Assembly (NCBI RefSeq): GCF_009914755.1
Contig: NC_060926.1
Direction: 5' to 3' (one strand)
Source: the human T2T-CHM13v2.0 reference genome, Homo sapiens
Length of the DNA stretch: 64,000 nucleotides
This document shows, piece by piece, positions 13,471-30,980 of the stretch. The number at the start of each line of letters is the position of its first letter. Within the stretch, counting starts at the first letter, position 1. A program made the translations under genes and the position numbers. A model generated the notes under the pieces. It worked only from the letters and a program-made list of their open reading frames with translations. It was not told where the DNA came from and ran no database searches.

Positions 13471-14659
13471 AAACACAGCTTTATTGAAGTATAATTGATT
13501 TGCTATACATTGCACGTATCTCAAGTGTACAATTTGATAAGTTTTAACATATGTATATATATATATATGTTAAAAGGATTCCCTATTTAATGAAACTATT
13601 ACCACAATCAAAATAATGAACATATTTATCACCCCCAAAAGTTTTCCCCTGCTCTTTTGTAGTCCTTCCTACCCTTCCCTAGGCAAATATTATCTGCTTT
13701 CTCTCACTATAGATTCATTTTCATTTTCTAGCATTTATGTAAATAGAAGCAAACAAATTGTATTCTTTTTCATCAGGCTTCTTTCACTCAGCATAACTAT
13801 TTTGAGCATGCTTTCACTCAGCATAATTATTTATATTTAATTCTTGCATATTGTAGTGTGTTTGAGTCTTCCATTCCTTTTTTATTGCTGAGTAGTATTC
13901 TGTTGTGTGCAGTTATATGCAGTATATTTATCCATTTATCCATTGATGGACATTTGGGTTGTTTCCAGCTTTGGGTTATTATATATAAAGCTGTTGTGAC
14001 ATTTATGTAGAATCTTTTATTTAGACATATGCTCTTATTTTTCTAGAGTAAATACATAGGAGTAGAAATGCTTAGATCATGTGGTAGGTATATGTTTAAC
14101 TTTTAAAGAAACTGCCAAACTGTTTTCCAGAGGGGTGGTTCTATTTTACATTGCCAGCAGCAGCATGGGAAAGGTCTGTCAACACTTGGTTGGTGAGTCC
14201 TTTCCATTTTAGTCATTCTAGTAGATGTATTAGAATCTCATTGTGGTTTTAATTTAAACTTCTCAAATGATCATCTTTTCATTGCTTATTTGTCATCTAT
14301 GTATCTTCTTTGGTTGAGTGTGTATTCAGGATTTTTTTTGCCCACTGTTAAATTTGATAATTTGTTTTCTTGTTATTGAATTTTGAGAATTCTTTATTCT
14401 GAATACAAGTCCTTTAGCAGATTCTGATGAGAACTGCATTGAATCAATAGCTTAATTTGGGAAGAAGTGACTTCTTAACAATACTGAGTCTTCTAATCAA
14501 TGGACATGGCAGATTTTGCTGTTATTTTAAATTTTAAACTTCTTTCAGCAATATTTTGCAATTTTCAAAGTACAGGTTTTACATATCTTTTGTCAGATTT
14601 ACCCCTAAGAATTGTATATTTTTTAATGCTATTGTAAATTTTATTTAAAAAATTTTTAG

Positions 14660-17240
14660 CTCTCCCTCTCCCTCCCCCTCCCCCTCCCCCTGTCCCTCTC
14701 CCTCTCCGTCTCCCTCTCTCTCCACGGTCTCCTTCCACGGTCTCCCTCTGATGCCGAGCCAAAGCTGGACGGTACTGCTGCCATCTCGGCTCACTGCAAC
14801 CTCCCTGCCTGATTCTCCTGCCTCAGCCTGCCGAGTGCCTGCGATTGCAGGCGCGCGCCGCCACGCCTGACTGGTTTTCCTTTTTTTTTTTTGGTGGAGA
14901 CGGGGTTTTGCTGTGTTGGCCGGGCTGGTCTCAGCTCCTGACCGCGAGTGATCCGCCAGCCTCGGCCTCCCGAGGTGCTGGGATTGCAGACGGAGTCTCG
15001 TTCACTCAGTGCTCAATGGTGCCCAGGCTGGAGTGCAGTGGCGTGATCTCGGCTCGCTACAACCTCCACCTCCCAGCCGCCTGCCTTGGCCCCCCAAAGT
15101 GCCGAGATTGCAGCCTCTGCCCGGCCGCCACCCCGTCTGGGAAGTGAGGAGCGTCTCTGCCTGGTCCCCCATCGTCTGGGATATGAGGAGCCTCTCTGCC
15201 TGGCTGCCCAGTCTGGAAAGTGAGGAGCGTCTCTGCCCGGCCGCCATCCCATCTAGGAAGCGAGGAGCGCCTCTTCCCCGCCGCCCATCGTCTGAGATGT
15301 GGGGAGCGCCTCTGCCCCGCCGCCCTGTCTGGGATGTGAGGAGCACCTCTGCTGGGCCGCAACCCTGTCTGGGATGTGAGGAGCGCCTCTGCCCGGCCGC
15401 CCCGTCTGAGAAGTGAGGAAACCCTCTGCCTGGCAACCGCCCCGTCTGAGAAGTGAGGAGCCCCTCCGTCCGGCAGCCACCCCGTCTGGGAAGTGAGGAG
15501 CGTCTCCGCCCGGCAGCCACCCCGTCCGGGAGGGAGGGGGGGGGTCAGCCCCCCGCCCGGCCAGCCGCCCCGTCCGGGAGGGGAGGGGCTCCTCTGCCCG
15601 GCCGCGCCTACTGGGAAGTGAGGAGCCCCTCTGCCCGGCCAGCCGCCCCGTCCGGGAGGGGGGGTCAGCCCCCTGCCCGGCCAGCCGCCCCGTCCGGGAG
15701 GGAGGTGGGGGGGTCAGCCCCCCGCCCGGCCGGCCGCCCCGTCCGGGAGGTGAGGGGCGCCTCTGCCCGGCCGCCCCTACCGGGAAGTGAGGACCCCTCT
15801 GCCCGGCCAGCCGCCCCGTCCAGGAGGGAGGTGGGGGGTCAGCCCCCCGCCCGGCCAGCCACCCAGTCCGGGAGGGAGGTGGGGGGTCAGCCCCCCGCCC
15901 GGCCAGCCGCCCAGTCCGGGAGGGAGGTGGGGGGATCAGCCCCCCGCCTGGCCAGCCGCCCCGTCCGGGAGGTGAGGGGCGCCTCTGCCCGGCTGCCCCT
16001 ACTGGGAAGTGAGGACCCCACTGCCCGGCCAGCCGCCCCGTCCGGGAGGGAGGTGGGGGGGGTCAGCCCCCCGCCCGGCCAGCCGCCCAGTCCGGGAGGG
16101 AGGTGGGGGGTCAGCCCCCGACCCGGCCAGCCGCCCCGTCCGGGAGGGAGGTGGGGGGATCAGCCCCCCGCCTGGCCAGCCGCCCCGTCCGGGAGGTGAG
16201 GGGCGCCTCTGCCCGGCTGCCCCTACTGGGAAGTGAGGACCCCTCTGCCCGGCCAGCCGCCCCGTCCGGGAGGGAGGCGCGGGGGGGGGGGTCGGCCAGC
16301 CGCCCTGTCTGGGAGGGAGGTGGGGGGGTCAGCCCCCCGCCCGGCCGGCCGCCCCATCCGGGAGGTGAGGGGCGCCTCTGCCCGGCCGCCCCTACTGGGA
16401 AGTGAGGAGCCCCTCTGCCTGGCGAGCCGCCCCGTCTGGGAGGGTGGTGGGGGGGTCAGCCCCCCGCCTGGCCAGCCGCCCTATCCAGGAGGTGAGGGGC
16501 GCCTCTGCCCGGCCGCCCCTACTGGGAAGTGAGGAGCCCCTCTGCCTGGCCAGCCGCCCCGTCCGGGAGGGTGGTGGGGGGGTCAGCCCCCCGCCTGGCC
16601 AGCCGCCCCATCCGGGAGGTGAGGGGCGCTTCTGCCCGGCCGCCCCTACTGGGAAGTGAGGAGCCCCTCTGCCCGGCCACGACCCCGTCTGGGAGGTGTG
16701 CCCAGCGGCTCATTGGGGATGGGCCATGATGACAATGGCGGTTTTGTGGAATAGAAAGGCGGGAAGGGTGGGGAAAAAATTGAGAAATCGGATGGTTGCC
16801 GGGTCTGTGTGGATAGAAGTAGACATGGGAGACTTTTCATTTTGTTCTGTACTAAGAAAAATTCTTCTGCCTTGGGATCCTGTTGATCTGTGACCTTATC
16901 CCCAACCCTGTGCTCTCTGAAACATGTGCTGTGTCCACTCAGGGTTACATGGATTAAAGGCGGTGCAAGATGTGCTTTGTTAAACAGATGCTTGAAGTCA
17001 GCATGCTCGTTAAGAGTCGTGTCACCACTCCCTAATCTCAAGTACCCAGGGACACAAACACTGCGGAAGGCCGCAGGGTCCTCTGCCTAGGAAAACCAGA
17101 GACCTTTGTTCACTTGTTTATCTGCTGACCTTCCCTCCACTATTGTCCTATGACCCTGCCAAATCCCCCTCTGCGAGAAACACCCAAGAATGATCAATAA
17201 AAAAAAAAAAGAAAAAAAAAAAAGAACGAAAAAAAAAAAA
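14660..17240 (+). mobile_element. Full-length SVA retrotransposon (SVA_E-like, hominid)
   Basis: (CCCTCT)n head 14660-14720; antisense Alu-like domain to ~15110; GC-rich VNTR ~15110-16695; SINE-R ~16696-17200 with aataaa and poly(A); TSD aaaaaatttt(t/a)a at 14647-14658 and 17235-17246; SINE-R variants ctcattggggatggg and gccgggtctgtgtggatag recalled as SVA_E. Confidence 0.97.
15110..16695 (+). repeat. SVA VNTR (~37-50 bp GC-rich units)
   Basis: Repeated gcccggccagccgccccgtccgggagg and ctactgggaagtgaggag units. Confidence 0.95.
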
Positions 17241-17896
17241 TTTTAATTTCCAATAGTTTGTTGCTGGTATATAGAAATACAACTGTTATTTGTGTATTGA
17301 CCTTGTGTCCTGCAACCTCACTCAACATACTTGTTAGTTCTAGTCAGTTTTCTGTACATTCCATCAAATTTTCCACATGGACGGTCATGTTGTCTGCTAA
17401 TATTGACATTCCTTTCCCATCTAGATGCCTTTTATTTCTTTTCTTCCCATACTGCATTGGCTAGAACCTCTAGTATAGTGTTTAATAGAAGCAGCAACAG
17501 AGAATATCTATGTCTATGGGGGATATTGGTCTGTAGTCTTCTCTTTGTCTTTGTCTGGTTTTTGTATTGGAGTAATGCTTTCTTCATTAAGTAAGTCAGA
17601 AAATATTCTTCCTTTTCAGTTTTCTCAAAGAGTTTGAGAAAGAATTGGTGTTATTTCTCCTTCAATATTTGGTAGAATTCACCAGTAAGCCAGCTAGGCC
17701 TAGAATTTTCTTTGTGGGAAAGTTTTTAAACTACAAATTTCTGACTTTTTAATGATTGCCATTCTATCTGGCGTGAGATGGTATCTCATTGTGGTTTTGA
17801 TTTGCATTTCTCTGATGGCCAGTGATGGTGAGCATTTTTTCATGTGTTTTTTGGCTGCATAAATGTCTTCCTTTGAGAAGTGTCTGTTCATGTCCT

Positions 17897-19323
<1,427 letters not shown>

Positions 19324-19782
19324 GCAATGAGAACACATGGACACAGGAAGGGGAACATCACACTCTGGGGACTGTTGTGGGGTGGGGGGAAGGGGGAGGG
19401 ATAGCATTAGGAGATACACCTAATGCTAAATGACGAGTTAATGGGTGCAGCACACCAGCATGGCACATGTATACATATGTAACTAACCTGAATATTGTGC
19501 ACATGTACCCTAAAACTTAAAGTATAATAATAATAATAAATAAATAAATAAACTACGAATTCATTTTTTTTATGGGTACTGCAATATTCAGGTTATTTCT
19601 TCTTGAATAATCTTTGATAGTTGGTGTCTTTCAAAGAACTTGTGCCTTCCATTTCATCTAAGTTGTCAAACTTACTGGCATAATGTTATTTATAATTTTC
19701 CTTTATTATCTTTTTACCATCTATAGAATCTATAGTGATGCCATCTTTCTTATTTCTTACATTGGTCATTTTTGTCTTTTCT

Positions 19783-20083
19783 ATAGCTGTCTTGGTTATC
19801 AGATTAATGGTCCTCAGTGCTTGGGTTCAAGTAACCCTTATTTTACTTAATAATGGCCCCAAAGTGCAAGACCAACGATGCTGGCATATTGTTATAATTG
19901 TTCTGTTTTATTATGTTATTATTGTTAATCTCTTATACTATGCCTAATTTTTAAAGTAAACTTTATCATAGGTATGTAAGTATAGGAAAAAACATAGTAT
20001 ATACAGGGTTCAGTCCTATCTGCGATTTCAGGCATCCACTAGGACCTTGGCTTGTATCCCCCAAGGATAAGGGAGGACTACTG
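19783..20083. mobile_element. MER44 (TcMar-Tigger) partial copy, one end only
   Basis: ttcaagtaacccttattttacttaataatggccccaaag...gataagggaggactactg followed by ta. Confidence 0.8.
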
Positions 20084-20997
20084 TACTTTGTGATCAGAGA
20101 ACATATTTTGCATGGCTTAAATCTTTTTAAGTGTATTGTTTTGTGGCCTAGAATATGGTCTAGCTTGGTAAAGCTTCAACTGGCATTTCAGAATACTGTA
20201 TTCAGCTCTATTGGGTGGTGTGTTCTATAAATGTCAATTAAGTTGGTTGGTAATGTTATTCAAGCCTTCTATGTCCTTACTGGTTTCTGTATACTTGTTA
20301 TATCAATTATAACATGTTAAAATCTCTGACTATAATGATAAGTATTTATAATAAATATTCTTGAGTTTTGTTTTGTGAAGCAGATGTGTTACTGGGAAAC
20401 AGCTTGATCCTTTCAGATCTTGCTTTTAAGATTTGTTAGGTGGGACCAGCAATATTTATGTAGGGCAAATTTTTCCACACCACTGAGGCAAAACTCTTTT
20501 GTGTACTCAACTCAATGTTCAATGCATTAAGAAGTTTTTCTTGTCAGACTGGCAGAAACATGCACAATTTCCAGTTCTTTGTGAACACTGGATACTATTT
20601 CCTTTAATCCTTTCTGATAGGTCTTTCCCTGGCCTCCTGTAGTTTTCTCAGATACATGTGCTTATCAATACTCTGATGAATACTCAAAGGGAGGCATTTT
20701 TCAGATATGCTGGGTTCTAACTCTTTGCAGCTCTGTACTCTCTGATACTCTGTCCTTTGAACTCTAGCCACATTGTTTTTTCCAGACTTTCAACTCTGGT
20801 ACTCTGCAGGGCTCCATTTGGGTTCCCTGTCCCAATGCCACAGCCCGGAATCTCTCTTAAACTTGAGATAATTGTTGGACTCACTCACCTCATTTGTATT
20901 CTGTCTCCCAGGGATAACTGTCCTTCCTGCCTCCTGCCCACTGTCTTGAATACCATAGTTTCATTTATTATATTTGATTTGTAGTTGTTTTAGGTGA

Positions 20998-23464
<2,467 letters not shown>

Positions 23465-23481
23465 GAAAAAGACGAATTCTT

Positions 23482-23934
<453 letters not shown>

Positions 23935-24851
23935 TTAAAGTCCAGTCCAATTCATCAAGCAGCCAAGGCAGTGGCATCTCTCAAGAGACAATGAGGTCAT
24001 GATCAGTTTCTCAGTTTCAACTTTGAATTGTGCTTGCATCATCACAGACCTACACCAGTGAACCGTGGAAATCTCACCCCGAGAAAATCCCAGGCAAAAA
24101 ACTCTGTCAGGAGACTACTGGTTATAAAAATTCTAAGGTTTACTCAGTCATTAAAATTATGCATATATAATAGATTCCTTTCTATTTTCATTGCCAACAG
24201 AAAATTGAACATTTGCTTCAACCTTCATGAAATCAAAACTTAGAGAAAAACGATCTTTTTATAAGGAAAATGAGTTATTCCATGTTACTAATTAGATCTT
24301 AGCTGTTAAATTTTGGAATGATTAAAATCCTTTTCAATAATTGCAAAATTTGCTTTGATAAAGTCACCCTAGAAGTTGATTATGCAGTGTAGTTTCAAGT
24401 TCGTCATGTTGTCTTCTTGGGGACAGCTTTCTGTCTGGGGGTGTCAGTAGTGGCAATCCCCTAAGTGCATGATGGTTGTTGGGTTGATGTAGCCACAAAA
24501 GATTTGATAAACTGTGATATGACTGCTTTTATACAGGTCCAACTTCCACATAGACTAGTTAACTCTCTATATAACTAAGTTCCGTCCTTGGCAGATGGAT
24601 TAATTTGTGAATAATGAATTTCCCTTAGCTACCTCCATACTTCCATTTTGGTTTACTAAATATAGAATCATTTAAGAAATCTGTCCATAATTATTTCCAG
24701 TGAATCCACAATTAATAATAACATCAGCCAGTGATATACCAACTTACACAGGGAGCATGTCACATTCTGAACTCTTTGTCAATCCTAATTTACATTCCAG
24801 TGAAAATGTGGTAGATGGTGTGTAAGTATGCATATTATAATCCCTTTAGCT

Positions 24852-25619
<768 letters not shown>

Positions 25620-27576
25620 CCTTCCTTCTGTTAATTTTTAATGAAAATTTAGATTTTAGTCACAAAAACCAAGTTATGCAAAAATAGATTATGAAGGAAT
25701 ATGGGAGAAAAGAAATGAAGTTCCAGTTTTCTCGTGGAATTGGTTGAAAGGCTTTATTCAACATTAAGATATATACACTGTGCATTTTTTTTACTTTCCA
25801 TTACTTCCTGCTGGAATTAGCATTGTCCTCTTCAATGAGTCACTAATGAACAGCCTGACAAGTATGACTTAATCATACAGCACTTTTAGTCTATGAAACC
25901 TACTTAGAATGTTAGCACAAAGTAGAAATACAATGATTAAAGGAGAAACTTATATACTATAATGAAATCTTAGCTCAGAAGAACCTAATTTGCAGCAAGC
26001 TTAGGACCTTTAAAATCAGAAGTCCTTTGGGTCTTGTCTTAGCAACTTACTTGTTAAAGGCTCTGGGTGGGGAGGTGGTTGTGAGGCGATATAAGAAAAT
26101 GAAAAGAAGGAATAAATAAAGTCATGGTTTCACAATGTGAAGTTCAAAAAGGCTATATACCATCACAGGTGTTCAGTACATATACCAAACCTCATATTTA
26201 CAAGTTGCTAACTGGAATTGCATGATTAGATTGAGTAATCACACGTGTCGGTAAAAAGCTGTAATTACCTAAGAAAAGCATAGCATTTTTGTCTGTGCAG
26301 GGCTCACCTATTTCGTATGTCTTTAAAACTTTGACCAATTATAAATCTTTTAGCAAGGTAGAGAGTAAAATCCTATATTTTCTGTGGATGTTGACACATG
26401 TAAGTTCCTGATCATTATTTATTAAACAATTAGCTTTAACATGTAAGATGGAATGGGAAAAACATTTAAACCTAATGTGAATTGCCTAGGTATGAGAAGC
26501 CTTAGAACTTTGTTAGAAATTTCTGTTTTCCATTTCTCAAATACTGTGACCATAACTCATAGTTTATTTATAAATAGAAAGTGACACTTCATAATACCTG
26601 GCAGCTTTCAAAACTAGATTATATCTGTCTTTGCCTGAAGGGCTCCAGTAACACTATTGTACAATATTTTCTTCTGACCATCTGGCAGTTCTTAGGAACC
26701 AACCTCTGTCAACATTTTATAGCTACTGCACTGGTTACAGCTAATCCTTTCAATGAATGAGCTGGAAAAAATGTAGATACATCAATATCGTTTTCCTTTA
26801 GAGCCCATTTAATACATGCCCTGTTATTATTTTGTTTGATAGGGCCATTATCTTCTGTGAGAATGAAAAGTAATTTGTCAGAAGCATTTTTTTAAATTTA
26901 AAGATCAATCTATGTAAATTTTTCTTAAATAAAAGAAACCACAGCTTTTTAAAAAAAGAACCTCAAACATAATCATTAAGAGTCTCAGAAATGGGAACTT
27001 AGGGCTTAGATTCCACAAACATTTTTAGCTATTATTTTCCAATCTGGGTTCTAACATGTTTAGTCTAATAACCAAGCCTGGATTGGGCTATTTCTGAGAG
27101 GATTTTATGTTAACAGTGGAGTTGACACCTTGGCAAGGTTTAAAAAAAAAAAAAAAAGTGTATGTTTCTCTTGTTGTTTGCTTTAAGAAACTAGGAAGCA
27201 ATTCATTCCAATGTGGGAATTTTTATGAATTTTTCTTCAAAACGATTTGGTACTCTATGGACTTTGAATAACTAATGATTTTAAAGTACTTTATTTTGCA
27301 GTTTATGAATAAAAGTTGTGGAAACTTTCCAATGTTCTCATTCTAACCTATCTTTACTTCATAAAAACCCATGTTGGTTGAATAATTTTCTTAGAAAGGC
27401 TGTTAGTTATTTCTGTATTCTGAAATTTACATTTATCATTGAATTGAAATGGGAAAAGATATTGATCTTTTTTTCAGATTCAGAGTTTAAAACTCTGCTC
27501 ATAATAACAGATGATAAAAGAGATTCTCCTCAGCTTCACCATTCCATTACATACCACCACTATCATGAGACCAAGA

Positions 27577-27883
27577 TTTTTTTTTTTATTTTTGATTTTT
27601 GTGACAGAGTGTCGCTCTGTTGCCCAGTCTGGAGTCCAGTGGCACCATCATAGCTCACTACACCCTCAAACTCCTGGGCTCAGGTGATCCTCCCACCTCA
27701 GCCTTCCGAGTAGCTGGGACTACAGGTGCACACCAGCACACCCAGCTAATTTTTGTATTTTTGGTAGAGAGACAGGGTTTTGCCATGTTGCTAAGGCTGG
27801 TTTCAAACTCCTGGGCTCAAGCCATCCTTCGACCTCAGCCTCCCAAGCACTGGGATTACAGATGTAAGCCATGGTGCCTGGCC
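27577..27883 (-). mobile_element. AluJ
   Basis: Antisense Alu; short ccaagat flanking repeat. Confidence 0.92.
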
Positions 27884-28499
27884 AAGATCAAGTTTTTGAC
27901 AGAAACCTTTTCTCTGTAAATGTTTTGCACTTTCATATTTAGGTACCTCAACTTGGGCAAGGTTGTTCAGTTAACATATACAGATACAGACACACACGCA
28001 TATGTGTCTGTGCACACAAACTGTTCCTAGGTTGTTAGATGAAATTGGTTTGTTATTCCTATAGTTTTTTGGTATCAAAATTAATGTTTAAAATTTCTTT
28101 AGAGAGTTTTATGGTGACTTTTAGAAAATGTTTTCCCTTTCTTTTCTATCAGATGGAGATTAAAACTACTACAATTATAGTACAATGTTGAGTAGACTCG
28201 GGAATTTATGTAAGATGTGGCTAACAATTTTGATAACTGTACATTAGAGTGTGTCAAGACAATGAGGCTTCTTTGATATTGTCTTTTCTTCTTCTAATTA
28301 CCAGGTTTCTGTCATATCCTAAATTTAGGGAGGGAATAATATTCATCTCCAAATTAAGTATAACATCTAGCTATATTTTGATACTTTTTAGTTGATACAT
28401 ATAATATAACCAATATCAGTTAAAAAGTACCAAAATATAGCCAGATGTTTTACTTAATATATATAAAGGTATGCCATTACTCTTTTAGAAAAAGTCATA

Positions 28500-28825
<326 letters not shown>

Positions 28826-29313
28826 TCATAAAATTGGAAGAAACCTAAAGAGGTCGCTAGTATAATTTATTTTCTTGGAGATACTATGTTTCTGGTAAGA
28901 GGAAAGCTATAGCCTCTGTTCTCACATGTAGTGACTTTTGTTATCAAATAATTCCATATAGGTAAATAAACTCTTTCTTACTATTCTCTAAATTCCATTC
29001 ATTATTTTATTTTTTTCTTGCTCTAAGACATTGAATACCTTTGTTTTTTTAAGTTATTTTTAAAACCAGAAGATTTAAACTTAATATTAAACATTTCCTC
29101 TCAATTCTCTTAATTACTTTTTAATTTTTCCTACTAAGAAGGACAGTTTGGAAAACACAAAGCTAAAAGGAAAAGTAATCATGATTCCATGTCTAGAGGT
29201 AATAGCTTAACATATGTCCTTTGATTGTTTTTTCTCTATATCTGTACTTTTTAAGTTGTGTTTTACAAAAATGATACCATATTGCATATGCTATATTGTA
29301 GTCTGCTTTTTAA

Positions 29314-29598
<285 letters not shown>

Positions 29599-29817
29599 CT
29601 GCTTTTAGAAAATTTATTAGCCAATTTTGATAATAAACATTCCTCCACCTATTATTTTTAATGACTACCTAGTATTCTATAGTGTGAATGCACCATAATT
29701 TACTCAACCTGTTTTCCAACATTTTTATTAAGAGAACAACAAAAATGTTAAAATAATTTTATAGTAAACACACATATATCCACCATTTAGATTTTACAAC
29801 TAACATCTTATTATACT

Positions 29818-30201
29818 TGCTATTAGTCTGTTCTCACACTGCTCTAAAGAACTACCTGAGACTGGGTAATTTATGAAGAAAAGAGATTTAATTGACTCAC
29901 AGTTCCACAAGCTTAACAGGAAGTATGACTGGGAGGCTTCAGGAAACTTACAATCATGGCGGAAAGTGAAGGGGAAGCAAGCACGTCTTACTACGGCAGA
30001 GCTGGAGAGAGAGAGAACAAGGGAGGAAGTGCCACACTTTAAACTATCAGATCTCATGAGAACTCCCTCACAAACATGAGAATAGCATGAGGAAAATTCG
30101 CATCCACGATCCAGTGACCTCCCACCAGGTCCCTCCCCTGACACCTGGGGATTACAATTCGACATGAGATTTGGGTGGGGACACAGAGACAAATCGTATC
30201 A
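29818..30201 (-). mobile_element. MSTA/B ERVL-MaLR solo LTR
   Basis: tattagtctgttctcacactgc...gagatttgggtggggacacag...caaatcgtatca. Confidence 0.9.
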
Positions 30202-30347
30202 CCTGTTTTATCACATACCAGTCAAACTAGCTATCTCTCCATTATTTTTTGTGTATTGCCAAGTAAGTGGTAGTCATTAGTATATTCCTCTCACCCAAGT
30301 ATTTAAGCATCATTAACCAGAGTTCAGTATGTGCTTATGTACCCAAC

Positions 30348-30719
<372 letters not shown>

Positions 30720-30769
30720 TAAAGGATTCTTTTACATTTATTAATTATACATATTTATTAATATAACTG

Positions 30770-30980
30770 GATCAGCTATATATTGCCACACAACAAAATA
30801 CCCCAAAATTTAGTGGCTGAAAACAAACAAATACTTTATTTGCTTTTGATTCTGTGGGTCAGCAACATAGGCTAAGGTCAGCTGAGTGATTTTTCTGCTT
30901 ACTTCACTAGAGTTTTTCATGCAATAATAGTCATCTGGCCATTCCACCAAGGCTGGATGGAGAAAGATGGTCTCACTTGA
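30770..30980 (-). mobile_element. MLT1 (ERVL-MaLR) LTR fragment
   Basis: caacaaaataccccaaaatttagtggctgaaaacaa...gattctgtgggtcagca. Confidence 0.65.

Noticed and set aside
14565-17090. Many overlapping Pro/Gly/Arg-rich ORFs up to 248 aa
   Set aside because: They arise from the stop-poor GC-rich SVA VNTR and Alu-like domain, not from genes.
28153-28209. 57-nt candidate exon with good acceptor and GTAAGA donor
   Set aside because: Stops in all three frames and no independent support; indistinguishable from background pseudo-exons.
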